64,000 nt of DNA, from assembly GCA_963814185.1 (NCBI GenBank), contig CAWFCF010000004.1:896358-960357 (forward strand), given 5' to 3'. A program made the position numbers and the translations under genes. Shown here one piece after another: positions 37,616 to 49,595 of the stretch (positions are counted from its first letter, which is position 1; every line of letters starts with the position of its first letter). Source of the stretch: an uncultured Chloroflexia bacterium (GTDB lineage Bacteria > Chloroflexota > Anaerolineae > Aggregatilineales > Phototrophicaceae). The notes under the pieces are model-generated. The model searched no databases. It was not told where the DNA came from and saw only the letters and a program-made list of their open reading frames with translations.

Positions 37616-37794
37616 GGACTGAGGTTCGAGGACTGAGCAAGAACGCCTTATAACGGTGGTATTTCGCCTGAGACGTGGTTTTGTTTCACCGTTAAAAGGT
37701 GAAAGTTAAAAGTGAAAGACGTATGGACTCGCTACTTTTAACTTTCTACTTTTGACTGTTTTACTCTCAGTCCTCAGTCCTCGTCCCTCAGTCC
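37609..37794. repeat. 186-nt composite inverted repeat built from tandem heptamers (STRR-like palindromic element)
   Basis: Left arm GGACTGAGGACTGAGGTTCGAGGACTGAG (37609-37637) against right arm CTCAGTCCTCAGTCCTCGTCCCTCAGTCC (37766-37794): 22 Watson-Crick + 2 GU pairs of 29. Inner perfect 13-bp stem GAAAGTTAAAAGT (37701-37713) / ACTTTTAACTTTC (37734-37746). Period-7 units GGACTGA, GTTAAAA, GTGAAAG, ACTTTTA, AGTCCTC. Confidence 0.8.
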
Positions 37795-37813
37795 TGAATT
37801 TAGGAGGTAAGGA

Positions 37814-39163
37814 ATGGGAATTCGGCTGGATTGGGAAATTGAAGCCGAACAGGAACACTATCAGCAGAGCGGCGGCGAAGACCCGGACGCCAAGCGCAAG
37901 CGGCGACGCGCCCGCGCGCGCTTTCTGGTGGTACTGTTCATCATGCTGGCGCTGGTGGGCGCGGGCGTGGGGGTGGTAGCGCTACGAATTCGGCAGGTGC
38001 AGTTGGATACCGAGCAGGTGGTGCGCGACAGCGTGACCGCCGAGGTTGCCGCGCTGCGGTTGGGCGACCGGAATGCGTTCATGGACATGCAGCGCAGCGC
38101 CAGCGACGACTGGCTTCAGCAGCAGGGCGCGGTTTTCGACCGCTATCAGGCGCTCAAGCAAACCGAAGACGTGAACCTCACCGGGCAGGTGTTGAACGTA
38201 CAGGTGGACGACGCGCGGGCGCGGGTCGAGGTCGAGGAGATCATCGGCGGCGTCCCCTACGGGCGCATCTGGTTCTACTGGCATTATGCGGACGGTTGGC
38301 GGCACGTCCCGCCGGATTACACCTTCTGGGGCGACTCGCGCACGGTCACGGCGGACAACGCGCTGGTGAATTACCGCGCGGTGGACGAGCCGGTCGCGCA
38401 GGCGGCGGCCCTGATGCTTGCCAATTGGCTAAAGCAGGGCTGCGCCGCGCTCGGCTGCGGCAGTTTGCCCCATTTGACCCTCGACATTCTGCCCGCTCCC
38501 ACTCAGCAGATCGCGTGGTCAGCCTCGGATTCGTGGACGCTGCAAATGCCGTCGCCCTTCGTCAACTCGGCGCGACTGGATACGCCTTTCGATCTGGGCA
38601 CGCAGATCAAGGTGGCGAATCTGGTGGCGGATCATCTGTTGAGCAGCTTCAGCCCGACTTATCCCACCGACGCCTACTATCTCCGTCAGGGCATCGTCTC
38701 GTGGCTGGTCAAGCAGTTCGCGCAGGTGGAAACCAACTCGTTCCTGATCAGCAGCCTCGCCCAGAACTACGGCGATACGTCGGTCGGTCGGCTGCTGCAA
38801 GCCATGCAGCCCACCTCCAACATCAGCATCATCACCAGCATCACCGGGACAACGCTGGACGGCGCGAATCTCGATTGGCGCGACTTCCTCACGTGGCGGC
38901 TGGCGCTGGAAAACGAGCTGATCACGCGCGGCGATCAGGCGGATTTCATGCTGCTGTACGATCCCGGCGCGCAGGATCAAGCGTCGGCGCGCTATGCCGC
39001 CGGAGCCAGCAGCGATACGCGCACCGTGATTTCGGCGATCCCGGAGCAGGGCAGCGGCGGCACGCCACAGCTTCACGCGGTGGTGCAGGTGGGCAGCCCG
39101 GCGACTTCGCAGGAAGACGTGATCTTCCGGCTGGTGGACGGCGTTTGGAAGCGTTCCAGCTAA
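37814..39163 (+). CDS. hypothetical single-pass membrane protein
   Basis: 449 aa. Basic stretch KRKRRRARARF followed by one TM helix (LVVLFIMLALVGAGVGVVAL). Strong AGGAGG SD. No catalytic motif recognised. Confidence 0.6.
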   Translation: MGIRLDWEIEAEQEHYQQSGGEDPDAKRKRRRARARFLVVLFIMLALVGAGVGVVALRIRQVQLDTEQVVRDSVTAEVAALRLGDRNAFMDMQRSASDDWLQQQGAVFDRYQALKQTEDVNLTGQVLNVQVDDARARVEVEEIIGGVPYGRIWFYWHYADGWRHVPPDYTFWGDSRTVTADNALVNYRAVDEPVAQAAALMLANWLKQGCAALGCGSLPHLTLDILPAPTQQIAWSASDSWTLQMPSPFVNSARLDTPFDLGTQIKVANLVADHLLSSFSPTYPTDAYYLRQGIVSWLVKQFAQVETNSFLISSLAQNYGDTSVGRLLQAMQPTSNISIITSITGTTLDGANLDWRDFLTWRLALENELITRGDQADFMLLYDPGAQDQASARYAAGASSDTRTVISAIPEQGSGGTPQLHAVVQVGSPATSQEDVIFRLVDGVWKRSS

Positions 39164-39224
39164 ACGTTTACGCGGGTGGGGCAAATTTGGGCTAAAATCG
39201 GTACAAAGTCTTGGGAGCAGAATC

Positions 39225-39434
39225 ATGAATCTGGATGAACTGCGCAGCAGTACCAGTCAGCCCGCGCCTGACGAATTTGATGTGGACGCTTTCGATTTCG
39301 GCGAGATTCCAGAAGAACGCCACTTCCTCGGCATGTCAGCAGTCGAGCGCATGTTCCTGTCGATCTTCCTGTTCATGAACGTGGTGGTGCTGGGGATCGC
39401 GCTGCTGCTGGCGACCGGGCGGCTGGTGTTGTAA
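39225..39434 (+). CDS. small hypothetical membrane protein
   Basis: 69 aa with an acidic N-terminus and one or two TM helices (MFLSIFLFMNVVVLGIALLLATG). Confidence 0.4.
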   Translation: MNLDELRSSTSQPAPDEFDVDAFDFGEIPEERHFLGMSAVERMFLSIFLFMNVVVLGIALLLATGRLVL

Positions 39435-39454
39435 GCGAAGAATGGTGTTTTCGC

Positions 39455-39478
39455 AGGGGCGCAGCGCGCTGCGCCCCT
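39455..39478. repeat. perfect 24-nt palindrome AGGGGCGCAGCG/CGCTGCGCCCCT between convergent genes
   Basis: All 12 pairs are Watson-Crick. It is flanked by ..CGC and AC.., so on the minus strand it reads GTAGGGGCGC...GCGCCCCT and resembles the GTAGGGGC element family. No U-tract on either strand. Confidence 0.6.
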
Positions 39479-39489
39479 ACATGAGGTGC

Positions 39490-42046
39490 CTAACTCCCCG
39501 GATTCAGCACCAGCCGATCCACCGCCGCTGCTTCGACGCGGTCGCGGCTCCACAGCATCGGATGGTACTGGATCATGCGCCACGAGTTGATCATGTCGTT
39601 GTAATGCGGGCTGGACGGATGCCCGCTCTGCCCGGTGGTGTGCATGGTGACGCTGTTGTCGAAGTTCGCCACGTCCACGATCATGCGCATCGACGGCAGC
39701 GAAGTCACGCCGAAATTCCCTGACGGCACGTCCCAACTGGTCGCATTCACGCTGTCGTTGCCGCCGCTGACCGCGACCGGACCGCGATTGACCATCTGCT
39801 CGATCAGGTCGATGCCGCTGGCTCCGAGCGGATTGCTGACGAAAGTCGCCGTATGCAACTTGCCCCACTGCCAGCCCGCCGGATCGCTGCCGAGCGCGTC
39901 AGTGGTCGCCTGAAGCCCTTGTTGCAGCGCCTTGAGCAGGATGTCGTCACGGGTTTCCACCTTGTCGGTGGTGCTGGCGTCGTCCCACCAGACGTTATCC
40001 GGCTGATCCATCAGCGCGGCAACCGACCAAAGCTCGTGATTGTCCGCCGGAATGTCCGCCGGCAGTTGATCGTCGAACAAGTCGTGCAGCAACTTGTCGT
40101 CGAATTCCCCGAACAGCGCCGCCGCGCCGCTGTTCATGTTCATCTGAAAGTCCCAGTTGACCAACAGGTCTCGCGCGTCCGCCAGCGCGCCGGGCTGGAG
40201 CTGCAAATTGGCGAGGTAGGGCACGATCAACTTGGCATCCAGATTCTCGTTGTCGCCCTGAATGGTCTGGTAGGTCTGCACGGTGTTGGGCGCGTTCTGC
40301 TTGAGCAGCTCGGTGATGCGCTGCGCCCGCTCGCCGTATGCCCAGTCGTAGCTGAACAGATAGTTGGCATCCGCGCCGAGCTTGGTGGCAAGCTGATCGT
40401 AGTACGCCATCGGCACGGTCGCTTGATTCGCGGTGACGATGTAGTCGCGCGCCGGGTTGTAGATGCGCGGCAGATCGTCGTAGGGGATGAAGCCCTGCCA
40501 CACGTCGGCGTCGCTGCTGACTGGATAGGGGGTCAAGCCATCCACTCCGGCGGGGCGGATGGGGATATTCCCCGGCATCTGATAGCCGATGTTGCCGTGA
40601 ACGTCGGCGTAGATGAAGTTCTGCGAGGGGATGTCCCATTCGCTGAGCGCGGCGCGGAATTCGTCCCAGTTCGAGGCTTGATCCAGCTTGATCACCGAGT
40701 TCGAACAGTGTGCCCGGATCATTGCCGGTCCAGCGCAGCACCAGCGGATCGGTATTGTTGAAGCCTTCCACCTCGCCGGTTTGGTCGTTGATCTGGTTGT
40801 CGTTGATCACCGGCCCCAGATGGGTCAGGCGCACCTGAATGGTGAGCGGCGCGGCGCCGTCGCCGAAGTTGATGGTCTCTTTGGCGACGGTCATGTCGCG
40901 CCATTCGCCGTTCCACTGGTACTGGAGCGGGTTATCCGGATTGACGGTAATGGCGTAGAGGTCTTGTACGTCGGCTTCGGCGTTGGTCACGCCCCACGCG
41001 ATGTTGGCGTTGTGCCCGATGATCACGCCGGGCGCGGGCGCGAGCGCGAAGCCGACTACGTCCAGCGGACAGGTATCGGTCACCGGCTGGCAGTGAAGCC
41101 CGATCTCGTACCAGATCGACGGCATTTGAATGCCGAGGTGCGGATCGTTGGCGAGCAGGGGCGTGCCGCTGGCGGTCATGCTGCCGGTGGCGACCCAGTT
41201 GTTGCTGCCCACCCCGGCATCGCCGCTGAAGGCGAAATCGCCGGGGCGCACGTTGCCCGCCATCAATGGATCAATCGCGTGGTCAATCGGCAGGCTGCTG
41301 CTCGACTGACTGCCGGAGGCGCTGGCGTCGCTGATGGGCAGGTCTTCGGGGTAGAGGATGGTCGGGCGGTCGCTGTCGTAGGGCCACGGCGGCGTGAAAT
41401 CCATCGTCATGTCGCGTCCGAGGGTCTGAAACAGGGTCTGCCGGGTGTATTTGTATCCGGTGCTGTCGGTGAGGTTCCACGCCATCACCTTGCCCCACAC
41501 CAGCGAATCGGCGGGCGTCCACGGCTGAATCGGGATGTTCACCCCGGTCACGCCCAGTAGCCGATACTGCATCGCCAGATCGTTTGGCGGGCGGTTGAGG
41601 ATGTAGGCGTTCACGCCATCGGAGAAGGCTTGCAGCGCCTCGCGCTCCTGATCGGTCATCCCGGTGACTTCAGCTTCGGCGGTGCGCCGCCAGCCGACCG
41701 TGCGAATGAAGATGTCGGTGCCGATCAGGTCACTGTTCTTCCCGGTCAGTTCCTCGATGGAGCCGTCCCCGGTGTGGCGGAAGAACTCCATCTGCCACCA
41801 GCGATCCTGCGCCTGCACGTAGCCCTGCGAGAAGAACAGGTCGTGGACGGTGCTCGCGTAAATGTGGGGGATGCCCCAATTGTCGCGCAGCACTTCGACC
41901 TGCGCGTCCAGCCCCTTCACGTCCAGCGAGCCGCTGGTCTGGGGCAGCGGACCGCGCATGGTGTCGGTGTAGATCACGAAGCCGCCGACCGCCACGACCA
42001 CGATGACCAGCAGCAGAATCAAGAGAATAATCCGAATAATTCGCAT
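39490..42046 (-). pseudogene. penicillin-acylase-family Ntn hydrolase (secreted/membrane-anchored), frameshifted as sequenced
   Basis: N-terminal TM anchor. Nucleophile motif GVGSNNWV...LLANDPHL. The frame switches at ...LRWTGNDPGTLF(E)/SVIKLDQASNWDEFRAALSEW near 40699-40706. Length is 3n+1. Confidence 0.8.
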
Positions 42047-42163
42047 CTATTTACGCTCCAGTTTATTCGTCAAAGCGATTTTATTGAACCAAGATTTGAT
42101 TCTAGATGTTTTTACCCCGGTTAACGATCTAGGACAAGGGGGCTGGAGAAGTTTTTGAAAGCG

Positions 42164-42781
42164 TTAGACGGTCGTGTCCGGCGCGTTGGCGAATAAATCG
42201 CTTACCTTGAGGGAGATGTCGGGCAGGCAGGCGAAGCTCAGCGAGTCGCCTTCGCCGTACTCGCGCGGCTCGGCGAATTTGCCCGGCGCTGCCAGCGCGT
42301 AGAGGCGCAGCTTGCGGGCGGCGGGATCGACCACGACGTATTCCGGCACGCCCGCTTTGGCGTAAGCGTCCAGCTTCACGCCTTCGTCGTAATCCGAACT
42401 GCCCGGCGAAATGACTTCGACGATCAAGTCGGGGACGCCGCGTATCCGCCGATCATGAATAATCGCGGCGTTTTGCTTCAGAACCAGCACAAAGTCAGGC
42501 TGCACCGGATCGCAGCCGGGCATGAGGACGCCAACAGGAGCGGTAGCGGCAAAGCCAAGTCCCTGCTGCTCTGCCGGGATGCCAACATATTGGTCGAACC
42601 GCCGGATAATCCATTGGTGGAAAAAACTGGGCGCGGTGGTCATATAGAGCACCCCCTCGATGATTTCGTAGCGGTTGCCATCGTCTGGGAGCTGCTCCCA
42701 ATCGGCATGGGTCCAGTTGCCCTGTGCCGGACCGCGCACGCTGTATCCGGCTGCGGTGAGAATGGGTAACGTGATCATCAT
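42164..42781 (-). CDS. Uma2-family (DUF820) restriction-endonuclease-fold protein, second copy
   Basis: ORF 42164..42796. ATG 42781 has a GAGGA SD. Motifs YEIIEGVLYM, PDFVLV and VPDLIVEVISPGS..D..K. Confidence 0.7.
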   Translation of the reverse strand: MMITLPILTAAGYSVRGPAQGNWTHADWEQLPDDGNRYEIIEGVLYMTTAPSFFHQWIIRRFDQYVGIPAEQQGLGFAATAPVGVLMPGCDPVQPDFVLVLKQNAAIIHDRRIRGVPDLIVEVISPGSSDYDEGVKLDAYAKAGVPEYVVVDPAARKLRLYALAAPGKFAEPREYGEGDSLSFACLPDISLKVSDLFANAPDTTV

Positions 42782-42861
42782 CGGTTCCTCGTCCATCCTG
42801 CCTACAGTTTAGCATAGACCTGCGAAGACTGAACAGTCGGTCGCCCCGATCCGATAATGGC

Positions 42862-42890
42862 TTGAGAATCTAGCTCAAATGTGCTAAAGT
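42862..42890 (+). promoter_or_regulatory. candidate gyrA promoter TTGAGA-17 nt-(TGc)TAAAGT
   Basis: -35 at 42862-42867, extended -10 TGCTAAAGT at 42882-42890. It would give a leader of about 245 nt. A second TATAAT lies at 42953-42958. Confidence 0.4.
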
Positions 42891-43141
42891 GGAGCGTATT
42901 AACACGGTGGCTACGAGTGCAGGTCAGGCTGGCTTTTGAAGCCTAAGTCAGGTATAATAAAAGGGTGAAACGAGACACCTCTTGTCCATTGAATCCGTGT
43001 TTGATCTTGATCCGTTCTTATTGCTTTTGTCCGCCATTTACCTGCTACGCTCACCGTAACCCAGCTTGATCGAAAGGAGTTGGCGCTTGTGCTGCTTTCC
43101 AAGCAGCCTCTGCACCGCAGGGCACAAGCGCAGTGAACCCT

Positions 43142-45654
<2,513 letters not shown>

Positions 45655-45673
45655 TTTAAAGCCCACTGAAATG

Positions 45674-45701
45674 AAAAATCCCGCCTCGAGGCGGGATTTT
45701 T
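45674..45701. terminator. bidirectional rho-independent terminator between gyrA and rplY
   Basis: AAAAATCCCGCC-tcga-GGCGGGATTTTT. A 7-bp GC-rich stem with an A-run upstream and a T-run downstream. Confidence 0.8.
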
Positions 45702-45727
45702 GTTTGCAGATGGTCTGAAGCAGGAAG

Positions 45728-46384
45728 TTATTCTTCCTCTTCTTCCTCGGGTTTGCCGCGCGCGATCACTTCGGGTTCGGAAGCAGCGGTTTCGCCTTCT
45801 TCGGCTGCCCCTTCTTCCTCGATCAGTTCGCGGATCGGGCTAATGCGCACGACCAAATCTTCGGGGTCGTCCAGCACGGTGATATTCGGGCTGATGTTGA
45901 GGTCATGGACGTGAATGGCGTCACCGACTGCTTTCAGCCCGGAAATATCCACTTCAATCTCGTCGATCAGGTCGGCAGACACCGCCTCAATTGAGAGCGC
46001 CGCCATCTGCTGAATCAGTTCGCCGACGCGGGTTTCCGCCGCCGGGCTGGCGCCAACCAACCGAATCGGCACGTCCGCCGTGATACGGGTCGAAGCGTCC
46101 ACCGCGAGGAAATCGACGTGCATGATGGTTCCGCGCAGCACGTCACGCTGAACCGCGCGGGCGATGACGCTCTGGGTCTTGCCGTCAAAGTTGACGTTGA
46201 TCAGGTGGGTGCCGCCCGCGTGCATCAGCGCAAGTTCGAGCGGGCGATAGGGAATTTGGAGATTGACCGGCTCAAACCGCGCGCCGTAAACCACCGCCGG
46301 GACGAAGCCCTGAACGCGGAGCTGACCCACTTTTTTGCCGACGAGCGAGCGCGCCTGCGCGTCTAAGTTGAATATTTCTGCCAC
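45728..46384 (-). CDS. rplY: 50S ribosomal protein L25 / general stress protein Ctc form
   Basis: 218 aa. RVQGFVPAVVYG...NLQI...L...H L25 fold signature plus a Ctc C-domain and an acidic tail. GTG start with an AAGGAG SD. Confidence 0.85.
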   Translation of the reverse strand: MAEIFNLDAQARSLVGKKVGQLRVQGFVPAVVYGARFEPVNLQIPYRPLELALMHAGGTHLINVNFDGKTQSVIARAVQRDVLRGTIMHVDFLAVDASTRITADVPIRLVGASPAAETRVGELIQQMAALSIEAVSADLIDEIEVDISGLKAVGDAIHVHDLNISPNITVLDDPEDLVVRISPIRELIEEEGAAEEGETAASEPEVIARGKPEEEEEE

Positions 46385-46538
46385 AACACGAACTCCTTAA
46401 CTCAGGACGCCGCCTGAGGAATTGATGTGATCGCGTCCGAAAGTAAGAGCATTCTAGCGACAGCATGGATGATCGTCAATGCTGAATGCTTCAGGGGCGG
46501 CGAATTCGGGCTGCGGAACGCCGCGCTCCGGCTGCCGC

Positions 46539-46928
46539 TTATTCAGGGATCGGCTGGTTCAAGCTGGTCAGGTCGAGCGCCATGAACGCGAACAGCAAGC
46601 CGATCACGAACAGCGCGAATAAAAGATACTGCCACCTATATTGGTAATTGATCTGCCAGAAGCGGCGCACGCTGTAGATGGCGGAGACGATGGCGGCGAG
46701 GTTGATGATCAGCATGAGCGGCAGGGTAAGCTCCGCCGCAATCCCGATCAGCGGCAGGAGGAAGGGCAGGATGATGTACTGCAAGATGCAGCGGATGCCC
46801 GTGAAAATGAGCGAGAAGCTGAAGGCGCGCTGCGCGTCGCTTTCGGCGAGGGCGGCGGCAGACGTGGGCTGACCTTTCACCCACAGCAGATGACCGATCC
46901 ATTGGTCGAGGCGTGACGGCTGCTGCAT
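46539..46928 (-). CDS. hypothetical membrane protein (3-4 TM)
   Basis: 129-aa hydrophobic ORF. No motif. Confidence 0.45.
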   Translation of the reverse strand: MQQPSRLDQWIGHLLWVKGQPTSAAALAESDAQRAFSFSLIFTGIRCILQYIILPFLLPLIGIAAELTLPLMLIINLAAIVSAIYSVRRFWQINYQYRWQYLLFALFVIGLLFAFMALDLTSLNQPIPE

Positions 46929-47131
46929 AGGTTCCCTTTCCAGTGAGCAGAATTGCCCCGATTGTATCAGATGCAGTCGCTCGATTTCTATAGAAACTAT
47001 CGAGAAAAATTGAGAATTATGTAGAAAAAGCTGCGTCGGGATAGCTTAAGCACGAACTGGCATTTTGGCGACCACTTCTGATAAAATAAATATAGTCACA
47101 ACGTTATGGCTTTCTTAAGGGGGCGGGCAAC

Positions 47132-49325
47132 ATGGACGAACGACCGAGTAGGCTGCGTCCGTTCCTGAGTTACGGCTTGGCGCTGTTTATCACTGCCATC
47201 GCCTTTCTCCTGACGCTGCTGCTGCCCGGTATATTCGAGCCGAACCCGTTTCTCCTGTTTTTTGCGGCTGCCGCTCTGAGCGCGTGGTATGGCGGGTTGG
47301 GTCCGGGGCTGCTGGCGTCGATTCTGTCGCTGCTGCTGGTGAGGCTGCTGCTGGCACGCTCAAGCACTCCGCTGGTGGTCAGCGCGGATGATTTGGGGCG
47401 CATTGTGGCGCTTCTGGTGATCACCGGGGTGGTGAGCCTGCTGCATCGCCAATATCAGCGGACGCTGAAATCGCTCCGGCGCTCGCGGGATCAGCTCGAT
47501 ATTTACCTGCGGGACATGGCGAACGGGATCACGGTGCAGGATCGCAGCGGCAAGCTGATTTACGCGAACTACGAGGCGGCAAAGCTGATGGGATTCGCCT
47601 CAGCGGAAAGCCTGATCAATGCCTCTGGCGACGACCTGCTGGAGCGGTTCGAAATCTTCGACGAATTCGGAGAGCGGTTCCCGGCGAGCAGCCTGCCGGG
47701 GCGCTTGGCGCTGCTGGGGATGCACTACCCCGAAGCGATGCTGCGCTATCACTTCAAGGATACCGGAAGAGAGCAGTGGTCGTATACGAAGGCGCGACCG
47801 CTATTTGACGAGAAGGGGCAGGTGCAAGCCGCGATCAGCCTGTTTTTGGACATCACCGAGGTGAAGCAGGCGCAGCAGGCGCTCGCCGCTCAGCGTGAGC
47901 AGCTTCGGGTGACGCTGCGGAGCATCGGCGACGCGGTGATCGCCACCGATCTCGGAAGGCAAGATCACGTTCGTCAATCCGCTGGCGTCCACCATGACCG
48001 GCTGGGACGAAACCAGCGCCCTAGAGAAACCGATCACCGAGATCGTGCAGATCGTGCGGGAGCCGAGCCATCAAGTGCTGGCAGACCCGGTCATGCGGGT
48101 GCTGAACGACCGCACTCCGCTGCGCCTGACCGATCCGCTGCTGCTGGTGTCGCAGGATGGTCGAGAATACCCGATTGAAGTCACGGTGACGCCGATCCGC
48201 GACCAGCAGGATCGGTCGGTGGGAGCGGTGATGGTGTTCCGGGATATGACTCAGCGACAGCAGGCGGAAGCCAGCCTGCGCGCCCGCGTGAATCAGCAGG
48301 AAGTGGTGGCGCGGCTGGGGCTGCGAGCGCTGGAAGGCGGCGATCTGCAAAGCCTGATGCAGGAAGTCGCCGCGCAGCTTGCGGAAACCATCCGCACCGA
48401 ATACGTCGAGATTCTGGAACTGATGCCGGATGGCAAAACCCTGCTGCTGCGCGCCGGAGTCGGCTGGCACGCCGGACTGGTAGGGACTTCCACCGTCGAT
48501 GCGGGCGCGGATTCGCAGGGCGGCTTTACGCTGCTTGCCAACGAGCCGGTGATCGTCGAAGACCTGCGCACCGAAACCCGCTTCAATGGCTCATGGCTGC
48601 TCAAGCAGCATCAAGTCGTCAGCGGCATGAGCGTGGTGATCGGGGGGAAGGAGGGCGCGTGGGGCGCGCTGGGCGCGGATACGCAGCAGCGGCGCAGCTT
48701 CACGATGGACGACATTCATTTTCTGCAATCGCTGGCGAACCTGTTGGCGTCCGCCATCAGCCGCGAAGAGGTGGAGCGCGCGGAACGCGAACAGCGAGTC
48801 TTTGGCGAGGCGCTGCGGGATACCGCCGAGGCGCTGACGACCACGCTCGATCTGGGGCAGGTGCTCGACCGGATTTTGGAGAACGTCGGGCGAGTCGTGC
48901 CGCACGACGCCGCCGACATCATGCTGGTAGAGGGCGACAGCGCGCGGCTGGTTCGGTATCGCGGTTACGAAGATTATCGCCTGACCGAAAAGTTGGTCGA
49001 TCTCAAGCTGCCGCTGAATAACACCGCCACCCTGAAAGAAATGATCAGCACCGGAGCGCCGCTGCTGATCAACGAGACCCACGCCTATAATGGATGGGTC
49101 AAGCTGCCCGGCATGGAATGGCTGCGCGCCTATCTATCCGTCCCGCTGATCGTAGATGGACAGATCAAAGGCTTCCTCAACGTATCCAGCACCAGCCCCA
49201 ACTTCTTTACGCCGGAGCAGAAATTCCGGCTGGAGGCGTTCGCGGCACAGGCAACTCTCGCCATCCGCAGCGCTGAGCTTTACGCCGCCGCTCAGCGGAA
49301 CGGTCACGAGCCGCGCGCCTCCTGA
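47132..49325 (+). pseudogene. membrane-anchored PAS-PAS-GAF-GAF sensor protein without recognisable output domain, frameshifted as sequenced
   Basis: DUF4118-like TM N-terminus, then PAS-like (GITVQDRSGKLIYAN; IATDLEGKITFVNPLASTMTGW) and GAF-like regions. There is an extra G at 47953-47956 (DL/EGKITFVNP). Length is 3n+1. No H-box, GGDEF, EAL or HTH seen. Confidence 0.65.
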
Positions 49326-49595
49326 ACCTAAACCCCGCGTCAACAATTGATCAATGAATTCGCGCTCGCTTCGGCTCAGCCGACCTGAGCCTGGTGCAGA
49401 ATCCGCGTATATCCTGACACTTTCTTTACGTGGATCGACCTATTTCTGACCTTTCCTTGAGGTTATTTCTGCTAACATGATGGCTCATCCCGCGACTTTA
49501 TGGCGAACTAATTTTGCTTGGAAGAGACCCACTTTTATGGAAACGCACGTGGGGTCTGTTTGCCTGTTGGCAGCCGGAGTCATAAGGGTCATTGA

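Noticed and set aside
37609-37794. The possibility that the repeat-rich intergenic region is a CRISPR array.
   Set aside because: The repeat unit is 7 nt with no spacers, the two halves are reverse complements, and no cas genes are in the window. It is a palindromic heptamer element, not a CRISPR array.
39455-39478. The perfect palindrome between convergent genes as a canonical intrinsic terminator.
   Set aside because: There is no U-tract after the stem on either strand. It is kept only as a palindromic repeat or hairpin, although it may still pause or stabilise transcripts.
42920-42950. A CAGGTCAGG string upstream of gyrA reminiscent of the SRP (4.5S) RNA conserved domain.
   Set aside because: Only a 9-nt resemblance. 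The flanking sequence does not continue the SRP helix-8 consensus (GGTCCGGAAGGAAGCAGCC).
43087-43141. Extension of the GyrA N-terminus to the SD-proximal TTG/GTG via yet another hidden frameshift.
   Set aside because: The GyrA N-termini I know start only ~10-15 residues before the conserved [14 protein letters not shown] block, as ATG 43142 does. Both SD-proximal frames hit stops (43134-43136, 43147-43149). The region is better explained as a leader or uORF.
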